This document shows, one piece after another, positions 1 to 10,882 of a stretch of DNA of 64,000 nucleotides. Under the pieces are notes generated by a model that saw nothing but the letters and a program-made list of their open reading frames with translations, made no database searches and was not told the origin of the DNA. The stretch spans positions 1 to 64,000 of the forward strand of contig JAUCBJ010000969.1 in the NCBI GenBank assembly GCA_032718475.1. Direction: 5' to 3'. Every line of letters begins with the position of its first letter. Position 1 is the stretch's first letter. A program made the translations under genes and the position numbers. This DNA is from Nemertoderma westbladi (lineage: Eukaryota; Animalia; Xenacoelomorpha).

Positions 1-3000
1 GCAGTATCTGTTTCAATTTCAGTAAGTGTTGTAGAAGGAGAGGAAGTTTGTAGACATTTATTTGGATTATAGTTTGATTCATACGATTCAGCTACCAAAC
101 AGGTGTGTTCCGAGGTTTTTACTTGAGGCTCTGACATTTCTTCAATATGGTCGCCTTTGTTTACTCTTGCCGCAATATCATCAGCAATATCTGCATCAAC
201 TTTTACTTCGTCAAATGCTTCCAGAGGGGAAATGTTCAAAGCTAGTGGGTTTCCTTTCAGTGGAGAGTCCCAATAATCAGTGGCTTCGATGGTGGAGTCA
301 TTACCCCCCATATCAGCTCCCCTGAACTCACTTGTAGCCTCGTCCTGGTCAACATCCATAATTTCAACACCATCTCTACAACCTTCATCAATTTCTTCCA
401 CAATCTCCTTGGTACCTTCATCCCCCTTACCACTCCCATTACTCCCCGTTTTAGGAGTTCGCTTGCCCCCATTATCCTCGGTTTTGTTCGCCAACTGTTT
501 CAACCTCCGACAGCGTCGGCGTCTGCGGTCGATCAACGACAACTCCGACTTGAGACCGCGATGTAACTGTCGCATATCCGCCAACTTGTCCTGCAGGTAG
601 ACGATGCGTTGAGTGACGTCACACGGTAGCATCTCTAGGCTGAAATCGACCCGAGGGAATCTCCGTAGTAACTGTTGTCTGTACTCTTTGATCTCTTCTG
701 ACTGTAGGAGTTCCTTCCTGTAGTCCATCACCGCTTCAGATTGTTTCAGCACCTTCCTAGACCGCGGTTTATGAGGTGACCAATTGCTGATCTCCATGGC
801 GGTGTCCGACTCTGATTCACTGACACCTTTACCTCCCGTTTCCCCTCCCCTCGACCAGCTTCGCTTTCTACGGGTGACTCTTGGTGCAACTTGCCGACTG
901 TCAGCCGAATTGTCCTCGTCACTAGCGAGATTGCCTAGTAAATCATCATCTTCTTCGTCATCGAAAGGGCTGTTAACGCCGCATTCCTCTATGGTTTCCT
1001 TCTGCAGTTCAGCTTCGCGAAAGTCTGAAGCAGCCTGGAGTAAACTCTCGGTTGGGTTGGTGATATTGTGCGAATCATTTGTCGACATTACTGATACACC
1101 TTGTACGGGAATGTTTCCAATGTCACTGACTATAACCTTTACTGATTCTAGAAAGTACGTAAAGGCATCAGCATCATCAGTGACGTGCGTGGCGTTACTG
1201 TTCTTCAATGGTTGACCAACACTACCCTGGGAGCTCGACAGAGTTGGGGGTTTCGTCTCAGATAGTCTGGAACTGGCTCGACCCCTTGGATGCCGATTCC
1301 GCAACGTCATGCCCCTCCTGGAAACGCGAGTAGCGGTTCCGACTGAACTGCGTGATCCGCCCTTACGGGGAGCCATCTTCTCCGATTCCCGACTCCATGA
1401 TGGCTTGTCTGATCCGGAACCCTCATTGGACCAGCTGGTGGAACCCTCCCCCGGACTACCGTTACCGTTACCCTCCCCATCCGCACGACTGCCACCTCCA
1501 CATCCGACCTCCCGCAGACGACACGCTAATGTTGCACGTTGTTTCTGCAACGCCCTCAGCAAAGGCCTAGAGTTTTTTGTTTCAGTCATTGTTGGGGTTT
1601 GATCATCAGACGAATATTTAACAGTTTTACCTTCCGTGACTTGATTCACTATTGGGGGTTTTCGTTTTGTAGAGCTACGCGTCTTACGGGTTGTAGAATG
1701 GGTTGATGAATCGGAGCAACTGTTTGGCGACCCAGCGATGAGTGACGGGGCTAAGACAACGTCTTGGGATGGGGAATGTGGGGGGCTGCTGATAGGGGAA
1801 GCCGAGTGTACTGGGGACACTATTGGGTCGGACACTATGGGCGAATTGGATGTCCCTGATGGTAGTTGAATAAACCGCTTGGGTGTTGTACCGATCTCAT
1901 TGCGAGCAGATGCGAGGACACCGCAGGGAGATAAACCGCGATTACGGCGCGGTGCCCCGGCTTTAACCCGTTGGAGTGGGGCCACACGAGGTTGGAAATA
2001 ACTCACATTGGCAGATTTAGGTGGGGTGGAGTGCGATTCGGTTTGAGTTTCCGGTGATTCTAATAGTCCAGTTTCGATAAAACCAACAGTTTGCTGATCA
2101 CTATCTTTTGGTACAGAAGTCGATTGAGTTCCAATTTGTGGCGATGGTTTGACAATTAAACTCAACCGCTCGCGGGATACCTTCTTCAGTTGAGATGTGA
2201 AATCTGTTTTGTTTTGTGATTTCGAACGAGAAACTTTTGTAAACTTTCCAAAACGAGGAAGCGTTGATTTATTACCAGGATCTAAAACAATCCTTTCATC
2301 AGCCACATCACCTTTATTACAAGAAAGTCTCTGAGTTACTCTCGCTCCCTTAAAACTAACCCTGGAGGTTTTATTCGCATTATATTCAAATTTAGTTGAT
2401 TTCCTGCGTGAACCAGTTACCCTGGCAGCAAGAGGACTCAGCCGTTTGTGTTTAACGGATTGGAACCCCAGGAATGTCTCTTTTCGAACCCCCACGGATT
2501 TCCCAACTTTCATTCCCACGGTGATTGATTTCCCCACTCTGGGCCTGACAGAGGGTGCTGTTACACCAGAACCCCTTTGACGCCTGCTTCCTCGGTACTG
2601 CTTTCTCGCAACCATGGGTCTATCAGCCCCTGGGGGTGTAGTGGGGGTGGGACTGGGGAACTTGCTGTCTGACAATCGAGACGCCACAACCCACTCATCG
2701 TAGCGGCTATTCCACCCCGAGTAATGGACGAAGTAGGTCGGCTCACCACTATTACATCGACTCACATCCAGAATCTTACATTCGTAAATCTTACAATCAT
2801 CACCTTCGCCGTACTTTACCTTAACTTTATGACCAACCTTGTAGGCAGATGGGAGTGAAGATATATCTGTCAACATAAACGGCATACCTGTGACAGGATC
2901 ATAGTTAGTAGTTATGGGTCTGCTGGATTTAATAATTTTAGTATCTAACTCGATTTCTTTAGAAGTCACATTGATTGGTTTACTTATCTTTGTACCATAA

Positions 3001-4082
3001 TGAGTTTCTCTAGAAGCAGTTGGTTTACTTGGCCTTATAATCTTCCTTTCTGTCACCATCTGCTGCTCGTAGTCATGCAGATACTTCTTGTAAGTAGTTT
3101 TCAGTTTTGTAACAGAAAATGAACTTTGGCAATTTTTGTTTACTTTTATTTGAACCGAAACCCAAAGCGACTGGGAGGCAACCTTAGCAAACCCGCCATA
3201 TTTGTCAACCGCCAAGAACAAATAGAATAAACTCACATCACAGGGGATATCAAAAACTTCGTTCTTTCCTTCATAAAACGTCCTCCACGATTTCAGCCAT
3301 TTAGTCTCTTCCTGATGCGATTCTAGATAACGAAATGCCTCGACGTGCGAATCGTCATCCTCGTTTTTACTCGAATCGAATTCGCAGAGTTCAGACACAG
3401 AGACACTCGAGAGTTTGAATGAATCAAATAAGCGAACCACAGTTGTTGATTCCTGACTGCGGACCTCTTCCAAACTATATACACACGAATAGTTTACTAA
3501 AACAACCGGCTCGAATTTATTTTCTGTCTTCCAAAAAGCCACAAGTTTGGCTTTTTCCATAACTTCATCCTTATCGTCGAGACCACCAGTGAATAGATTC
3601 ATGGGGGTGAGCACACCTTCCCGACTCTTCCTTTTGGCCGACATCTGCATAATTTTCCCTGACGAATCGGTAAATACCGGCGTCCCAAAACATTCCGGGT
3701 CCGTGAGAGGAAGATTATCGAGGTTATCTGATTCATTGTAATGTCGCTCTCCCATGAGTTTAACAGCCGATCGACGAACTGTTCTTTCGTCATTGTCATC
3801 GAATTTCACTGTATAAACGCTACAATCCTGCACTTTCGTTATTACAGCTGCTATCCATTCCCCATCGACATCTTTTGCCTCAACCAGAGCTCCATACTTC
3901 AGTTCTCCTTTAATATCACAATCATGTATAACTGTACTCAAGGACGTGTCTTTGAATGTAACTTTACACTTGACGAGTTTTTTACATGTTTTAATTTTTG
4001 CTTCGCAAAAGGCTCCTTTGAACTTGGCGCTGACATCGAGACCAATTTCTAAGTAAGCGGGATCGTCACTTGCTGAAGCCAT
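1..4082 (-). CDS. ARID4: ARID4A/B (RBBP1)-like chromatin regulator; intronless, 3' end runs off the window
   Basis: Manual translation from ATG at 4082 gives MASASDDPAYLEIGLDVSAKFKGAFCEAKIK...YTVKFDDNDERTVRRS...LDNLPLTDPECFGTPV (ARID4 N-terminal Tudor). Also an ARID domain (~3060-3260, LFYLFLAVDKYGGFAKV...LKTTYKKYLHDYE), a chromobarrel (~2670-2860, YFVHYSGWNSRYDEWV) and an R2 coiled coil (~500-640, RIVYLQDKLADMR...LKSELSLIDRRRRR). The ORF track lists no ORF from this ATG, consistent with no in-frame stop before the edge (about 1360 codons). Confidence 0.93.
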   Translation of the reverse strand, partial: MASASDDPAYLEIGLDVSAKFKGAFCEAKIKTCKKLVKCKVTFKDTSLSTVIHDCDIKGELKYGALVEAKDVDGEWIAAVITKVQDCSVYTVKFDDNDERTVRRSAVKLMGERHYNESDNLDNLPLTDPECFGTPVFTDSSGKIMQMSAKRKSREGVLTPMNLFTGGLDDKDEVMEKAKLVAFWKTENKFEPVVLVNYSCVYSLEEVRSQESTTVVRLFDSFKLSSVSVSELCEFDSSKNEDDDSHVEAFRYLESHQEETKWLKSWRTFYEGKNEVFDIPCDVSLFYLFLAVDKYGGFAKVASQSLWVSVQIKVNKNCQSSFSVTKLKTTYKKYLHDYEQQMVTERKIIRPSKPTASRETHYGTKISKPINVTSKEIELDTKIIKSSRPITTNYDPVTGMPFMLTDISSLPSAYKVGHKVKVKYGEGDDCKIYECKILDVSRCNSGEPTYFVHYSGWNSRYDEWVVASRLSDSKFPSPTPTTPPGADRPMVARKQYRGSRRQRGSGVTAPSVRPRVGKSITVGMKVGKSVGVRKETFLGFQSVKHKRLSPLAARVTGSRRKSTKFEYNANKTSRVSFKGARVTQRLSCNKGDVADERIVLDPGNKSTLPRFGKFTKVSRSKSQNKTDFTSQLKKVSRERLSLIVKPSPQIGTQSTSVPKDSDQQTVGFIETGLLESPETQTESHSTPPKSANVSYFQPRVAPLQRVKAGAPRRNRGLSPCGVLASARNEIGTTPKRFIQLPSGTSNSPIVSDPIVSPVHSASPISSPPHSPSQDVVLAPSLIAGSPNSCSDSSTHSTTRKTRSSTKRKPPIVNQVTEGKTVKYSSDDQTPTMTETKNSRPLLRALQKQRATLACRLREVGCGGGSRADGEGNGNGSPGEGSTSWSNEGSGSDKPSWSRESEKMAPRKGGSRSSVGTATRVSRRGMTLRNRHPRGRASSRLSETKPPTLSSSQGSVGQPLKNSNATHVTDDADAFTYFLESVKVIVSDIGNIPVQGVSVMSTNDSHNITNPTESLLQAASDFREAELQKETIEECGVNSPFDDEEDDDLLGNLASDEDNSADSRQVAPRVTRRKRSWSRGGETGGKGVSESESDTAMEISNWSPHKPRSRKVLKQSEAVMDYRKELLQSEEIKEYRQQLLRRFPRVDFSLEMLPCDVTQRIVYLQDKLADMRQLHRGLKSELSLIDRRRRRCRRLKQLANKTEDNGGKRTPKTGSNGSGKGDEGTKEIVEEIDEGCRDGVEIMDVDQDEATSEFRGADMGGNDSTIEATDYWDSPLKGNPLALNISPLEAFDEVKVDADIADDIAARVNKGDHIEEMSEPQVKTSEHTCLVAESYESNYNPNKCLQTSSPSTTLTEIETDT

Positions 4083-5279
4083 AGGCCCCTGTCCGGTAAT
4101 TAATAATATCTTGTTTATCTTCCCATACAAAATACTAACTATAGTTTACAGTAATAACAAATAACCAATGACAATGGACTGATTGTCTGACAATAAATAG
4201 TTTCAGACTGAGGGATGCCACTACCGGTGTAACAGAGAATTTTCGCTCCCCATGCAAAATCACTCCCCGGTTAAAATCTCCTAGTGTATTCTTACTCCGG
4301 GGTGTATTTTTCCAAGTGTATTTTAACCCACTCCAGTGAAAACTCATCAGTCGGAGAGAAATTCAAATTTCAACTGAGTTGAAATTTAAAACTTTTTTTA
4401 AAATTCAACTTTTATGTTGTAAATTCAACTCTAAAATAGCAGGAGGCCCAGAAGGTCCCCAAGACTGCAAGACACGACAGAAGGGTTAAGGCTTAAGGGG
4501 TGTTTTTAATGTTTTTATGGATGTAACTCGAAAAATTAACCCTCATTACCGATGGAATAAAAACTTTCACCGTTGGGATTACATTTTTTAAAAACATTTT
4601 ACGTTTTAAGGGGTTGTTCTAAATACTGAAATACCCTAATATACACTAATATAGACTAATAAACATTAATATACTCTATAATCTCTATAATAATAACATT
4701 AATACTATAATATATTAATATACTAGCAAAGCAATATACACTAGTGATTCTGAGAGTACCGGTACTACTAGTACTAAGTCATCAGCAAAGTCTAGATCAG
4801 TTGGGTCCTACGAATTACCCCAAAATACCCCAATTGGGGTCTTTTGGGGTATTTTGGGGTATTTTGGGGTAATTCGTAGGACCGGATCAGTTAGGTACTT
4901 GGCAGGATTTCCTCGACTTCTGGAGCCAGTAGGTGGAGTTATCATCACCCCATCATCATTATGATGATCTAACATGGATCTGACATGAATCTGACATGGA
5001 TGCATGGTAAAAGAGGCTCTATTTCAGTATTTCTATGAGGCCTATGTCAGTATGTCCATTGAATTGGAAACCTGTTCGCTTTACAAAGGCAAACTTAATT
5101 GTTAGGCCTAGCTAATAAAAAGAAACAGACATGTTGTACGGTACTGGTACTGGTGGTACAGTGGTAATTGTTGTAGTACCGGTACTAAAACTGTAGCTAT
5201 GTAATATATAGACCTAGAGGCCTACTGTCAGACTGTATTGACCATAAACAGATAAATTTGGTCTCATTTGGCCAATGAG

Positions 5280-5445
5280 GGGTTTTACTGTTTTACTTTT
5301 CAACGTATGCCGTAGTACGTATCCAAGTATGTGCATACGTCTGTACGTATCCACATACTGACATATCTATTATTACATTGAGCGATTTCACATACAGGTA
5401 TGCATAGGCGTAGACGAATACTATTTCCTGATTGGTCCAGATGAT
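5280..5445. repeat. Dispersed repeat (MITE-like fragment); inverted copy at ~19670-19873
   Basis: Shared blocks, e.g. ttcctgattggtccagatga versus tcatctggaccaatcaggaa, and attacattgagcgattt versus aaatcgctcaatgtaat. Confidence 0.6.
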
Positions 5446-5621
5446 TATTGTCAAGTCAACAGTGTCTCTGTACACTGTAGCTGTAGGCCTATTATTACAG
5501 TAGGCTATTACAGTACCGTGGTGTTTTGCATTAGAACATTAGTCTGTCAGGCAGTATACAGTATAAGTGCTGTAGTCAGGTAAGACAGTAAGATGTCAGT
5601 GTCAGCCGGTGTGTCATTGTT

Positions 5622-6291
5622 GGTACATGCTAAAAAGTAGAATGAGCTAGAATGATCTAGAATGACCTAGAATGATCTAGAATGGACCTAGAATGAGCTA
5701 GAATGACCTAAGAATGAGCTATGAGAAGATGATAGAATGCAAGAATTATCTAGAATGACATAAGAATCACCTAGAACGAACTCTGTTGAGATGATAGAAT
5801 ATGCAATACCGACCTATACCGAGCTATAACAAGATAAGAATCACCTAGAATGAGCTATTATTATTAGTAATACTATTATTTGTAGTAATATGCTCGCTTA
5901 GAAGAATGCTGCTTACTACCTTGTTTATGTCCGGCACTAATAGGCTTCCGGTATGTAGTTTCCAAAACCGAAGCGCTATAACTGAAGAACTTATCCACTA
6001 CCTGCTCTTTACTAGAAATCGCCATACTACGACATATTGCTGGCTCTGGAAAAAACGATTCATATCCCTGACTCAAACGACTCGATTCTTATCTTGTTAC
6101 AGCTCGGTATAGGTCGGTATTGCATTCTATCATATCCTCATAGCTCATTCTAGGTGATTCTTAGGTCATTCTAGGTCATTCTTGCATTCTATAATCTCCT
6201 CATAGCTCATTCTAGGTCATTCTTAGGTCATTCTAGGTCATTCTAGATCATTCTAGGTCATTCTAGCTCATTCCACTTTTTAGCATGTACC
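5622..6291. mobile_element. Non-autonomous Mutator-like foldback element (670 bp)
   Basis: TIR GGTACATGCTAAAAAGT...ACTTTTTAGCATGTACC; subterminal 11-bp repeats (CTAGAATGANC) inverted at the two ends; 9-bp TSD GTCATTGTT at 5613-5621 and 6292-6300. Confidence 0.88.
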
Positions 6292-6384
6292 GTCATTGTT
6301 GCATTGAGTTGAGATAGTGAATTTTCTTTTCAGTGAGTGCCATTCAGCCGTTTTGTTTCTTCAGCGGTCTTTAGTCACATTGTG

Positions 6385-6861
6385 TGTTGCCGTTATTCCC
6401 GACACCATGGGGGAAAACGCCGATGCTGGAGGCGGAACTTTTCAGACCACGGAAACCCGGCCAGTCACCGGATATTGATTGTGGAGAAGGAATACGTTCT
6501 TAAATGCAAGATTGCGGTTGAGGAAAAGCTGCATTGGTTGGATATACTCTTTAATGTAACTTCCCTACAGTTGAACCTTGATTGAGAATAAGTTGGGCTT
6601 CCCCAAATCAATATACACCAAATATTCACAATAATAATACACGACAATATAAATCCCTTTTCCTTCCCCCCTGGCCCTTATATACATGAAATGAGTCCTG
6701 TACCCCGTAAGTCGCCCCAATATTCGCCCATAAATCGCCCCCAGTTCATTGAGTGTGCCCAAAACCCATGTTCCCGCACCCAGTAGTGATATTGGAATAA
6801 TCATTTTAAATAAATCCAAAAAATATTCAACTCGCGTTAGGAAAAGTTGAAATCGCGAACA
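6385..6861 (-). repeat. 3' LTR of BEL element 1
   Basis: 477 bp; differs from the 17908-18387 copy by about 4 substitutions and 3 indel bases (manual comparison). Confidence 0.95.
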
Positions 6862-7039
6862 GTCCCCCCCAATGACCTTCGTGAGGTCTATCGGTAGATC
6901 GAGTTTGCGTAGGTCATTTCCCATATAAAAAACCCAAAATTTTAATATTGCATAGTCTTGATTAATTTGGCCTAGAGTTCATATATATATATATAAAAAT
7001 AAATGTTCAATATAAATGTTCCTGGAATATCCCGATCCT

Positions 7040-9647
7040 CTATTTCTTGCTCTGATACGCCTTTCTCCTCTTCGCCCGTCGACTCTCGTCGATCGCTAGA
7101 GCTGGTAGGGGAGCATCGACATCCATCGTGCGCAACGTTTCGGCTTGTCTCCTGGCGGCTCTTCCTTTCGATGGCAACGGGATCATATCGGTTCGTCTTT
7201 CCAACTCGGTGTTGCGCGCCTCGAGGAACCCCTTTCCGTCACCAAACTCTTCTTTATACGAATATAAGCGTCGAAGGATCTCGAATGGGCCGAACAATCC
7301 GGCGCTTAGCAACAGATCCACGTAATGGAATGGTAACATCGCTGTTGTATGGAGGCGTTCCGGGAAGGAAAAATACCCGCACGCCATTTCCTGCGCGATA
7401 TTCCGAGCGTTTCTCCGTACCTTAGTCTTTATGTGGCTATTTGCGTAAGTTTCGAACATAACCAGATTTCCCATAGCGGTAACGTCCTTTGTGGGACATT
7501 TTATATTGCAGCGGGGGCTAGCGGAATGTCCACGGAAACCGCAAGTTGTGCAGAGGTTATAGAGGATTGGACAAACTGAGACGTTGTGTCCCGATGTCGC
7601 GCAGTATGGACAATACAGAATCCCGAGGAGCTGTAGGCACGAATCGGTTACTCGATTTCGTCTACCGCGTGGGCACTGCTCCGAACCGCAGTCTGCGCAT
7701 ATCTCTAACTGCATCTCCCGACCGAAGAAGATCGGGATCGGGACGCCGACGTAATACTCGAGTCGTCGGTCGCTCTTTTGAATATTCGCTGTGGCCTGTA
7801 GCCCGCGAAAGGCTGGGCTTTGGCATAGTAGGCTCTCGCTCCAATAACCTTCTTTATGTCCTGCCGGTCTCATCTCGGATGACCGTTTCTGGCGGTGGAT
7901 CCATTCGGTCTGCTCGGTGTACCATCGGGTTAGTCGCATAGGATCCTGTGGAACGGAGGGGGTAGTTGTCGCCGCTGGTCGGTGAAGAGGTGCCGGTGTT
8001 TTCGACGGAGGGATTCCGAGGAGATCTTCGGGAGTCGGCGCAGCGCTGGGACCCTTCTCGACCAGTATCGCTGAGCGGGTCCGTTGAGTCCTGGTACTCG
8101 GAATCTCCGAAGACCAGTCTTCGCCACCCGGGAAAGGATATGGGGATAACCTCTGGCATATGTTGCCGAAGTCGCTCAACGCGGAGGTAGTGACTAACTC
8201 CCTCGCAGGGCTACCCTAGCCGAGTGGGGTGGAAGCGCCTGCTTCCGTCGCCGGTTCGGCCGAGGCAACTCGTTTGGCGGCTGGTTCGTGCGCGGATTCC
8301 GGGTCGAGTTGTCGCTTTGGGGTGGATAGTAGAACGCCTTCCTGTAGCCATAGTTCTTCCCCTTCCGAGGAAATCAGAGGCTCCTCCGCACCGAGAAGGT
8401 CGGTAATCGTAGGGATGTCGAAAGGTCCGTTCTCGTCCCAGGAATCGATAACGGTGAGCGTTTTTGTCTCTCCCGGTGTAATATTCTCGACCGCTTTGAA
8501 GGCGTGGCTGATAACTTCATTCCACTCGTAGTCGATAAAGGAACGAGGAACCGCCGTAATGAGGTTGTCGAGAGTTTTACATATGAACTTAGCGATGGTG
8601 TAGGACTCCATGACGACGTAGATGTAGTTCCGTCGATCCGGATTCTCCCACCTTTGGTGTATCGTCCACTTCCTTTCAACGTCCTTCCATCGACCCTCTC
8701 GCTCGCTCTTTATTTATAATCCCGGGTATCCACCATATATCTTATTATAGTCCTGGAATTTCTGAGGTTTAAAATCGACGCGCCATTTAGTACTGCGAGG
8801 TAGCCGATACCGGATTTCGTCTGTCTCACCTCCCGGAATCCTCACATGAATACGGCGGATCGTAGCCAGGCTAATAGTGTCTGGGTGTCGACGCAATGAC
8901 TAATGGCATTGAGATCTTCTTTACAGTCTCTTCCGAAAGGAGCATTCACGTAGTCGTTTCGGACGTCCGCTTTTATATCCGACCCAATTTTAATGACGTC
9001 GAAGTTGAAGAGGATCTTTCGGATCTCCGGAGGTAGTAGCCAGATCGCTCCGGCTGTCTGTACCTCCTGTCTGGGTGTCGGAAATATTAGACACACCAAT
9101 ACCAAACCGTCCAGGGTTCCGAGGACGACGACCAAGGATCGACCGTATTCTTTCGTCCCGTACTTCTCCTGGTAGTCGTCTCGATTCTGGATAACCGATA
9201 TACGTTCTTCTCGTAGCGTCGCCGTACACTCCGCTAGGTTTCCCCAGTGGGCGAGGTACGTACTCTTGTCATCGACGAAACTCTGACATCACGCCAACGT
9301 CATCGCTTTCGAGGTGGGCGTCGCGTTTCCCTCGTTGTCATATATCAAACATCGGAATTTGTAGACGCTCTGCCGGAACGTATCCCAGTACGACAACTCA
9401 TCCCCTCCGGTAGCCTTTGCGTTCCGAGTTCTTTTCAGTCTCGTACTACAGTACTAGCATCGGCCAACCGGAGGGCTCATAGATTCCGGGAATCCGGTCC
9501 CTCTCGCCCGGAGAATTTGACGACTCGCACATTCTCATTTATCAGGGTGCTCCAATTTGTATCAAAGTTAGGGGCTCCGGGTTGTGGATATTCCAGTAGA
9601 TCTATCGTATTATGTAATTCGCCGATAATTTGGCGATTTGGGTCCAT
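7040..9647 (-). pseudogene. Disrupted extra ORF of BEL element 1: DEDDy-like 3'-5' exonuclease plus C-terminal CCHC zinc knuckles
   Basis: Joining fragments from ATG at 9647 across several stops and frameshifts gives an ExoI-like LIYDNEG (~9328-9348), an ExoII-like LPPEIRKILFNFDVIKIGSDIKAD (ORF 8842-9135) and a possible ExoIII RNYIYVVMES. ORF 8216-8611 is in frame with 7040-8179 across one TAG; the latter has CADC...CPYCATSGHNVSVCP...CTTCGFRGH. Confidence 0.7.
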
Positions 9648-10188
9648 ATTTACGATTATGTCCGTTGCAAATTTATATCAGTTAATTATAAATCCAGAAA
9701 GTCTGATACTATAGTGATTGCAGAATAATTCAGTTTATTTTTAATTCAGTTTATTAAATAACATTGCTATATAGACATCTACCATCTTATTGCTAATACA
9801 TTCAGCATTTACAGTTACTATAGCTATACATTAATATCCAACCAGTTTTGACTTTTTATGTCCTCTTCTTTTTTCCAATTCTTTTCTTTTATATTTTATA
9901 CATTTTTTTTTTTTCATTTCTCATTATTATTTCATCACATTTCATTTATTTCAACACATTTCATCATTTAGTTCCACATTTATTTCACATTTCATTTATT
10001 TCCACATCATCATTGGGGTTATAGCCCCCCGGCTATCATCATTTGTTACAAGCGCAGCACCAGGGTGCGCATCATTACATTTTCATCATCATACGCGTCA
10101 TCATTCAGTTTATAGTAAGGTTGTCTGTTTCTTTTCATCATTTCCAACTACATTCAATCATCTTCTTTGGGAAATTTTCGTTGTGGAA

Positions 10189-10612
10189 GGGGTGTTACGC
10201 GGCAATCTGGGATCTACAGCTGGGCTAGTTATACCGTCTACGCCCCAAACTGCACACGTAACGGACAATGAAGATGCTGGGAGTGAAGTCACGTGGAATG
10301 CACCAGGGACCCACCAGAATAACACTCCCAACAACATTAATCTCAGTCGACGAAGTCATGTGGGATGGGGTTATGCAACATTCTGGGATCTACAGCTGGA
10401 CTAGTTACACCGCCTACGCCCCAAAATCCACGCAACGGTCCCACCAGAATAACGCGACTGAGAAACATAAAACCCTCTATCGTCGAAGTCATGTGGATGC
10501 ACCATGGACCCTCCAGAATAACGGGATAGAGGGGGTGTTGCGCGGCAATCCGGGATCTACAGCTGGACTAGTTACACCGCCTACGCCCCGAACTGCGCAC
10601 GCAACGGACAAC
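10189..10612. repeat. Three imperfect ~170-bp direct repeats between integrase and the extra ORF
   Basis: Core GGGATCTACAGCTGG at ~10210, ~10386 and ~10552, each followed by CTAGTTA(C/T)ACCG(C/T)CTACGCCCC. Confidence 0.85.
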
Positions 10613-10882
10613 ATAACATACTACAATGGATACAATGAATTCCACTTCAAATCTTTACCATTTCCAATAATCCAATGTCATTGGACCCGATGACCAAAAT
10701 CAGGGTAAACAATACATAAACGACCCTGCGTCAGTCGAAACATCTGCAGGGTGACGCTGGACTCCACATAACACACGAGGAAACACAAATACCATTGCGT
10801 GGTTACAGTTGGTTTAAGGGGGGTCCATTACTCATTGTCGATAAATCACAGTTTAAGAGTTTGTCAACAGGATGAGAAGGGT

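Noticed and set aside
62-4052. Short plus-strand ORFs in 62-4052
   Set aside because: Antisense shadows of the long ARID4 reading frame.
7040-9647. env gene in BEL element 1
   Set aside because: No signal peptide, fusion-protein pattern or C-terminal transmembrane anchor; the motifs fit a nuclease plus zinc knuckles.
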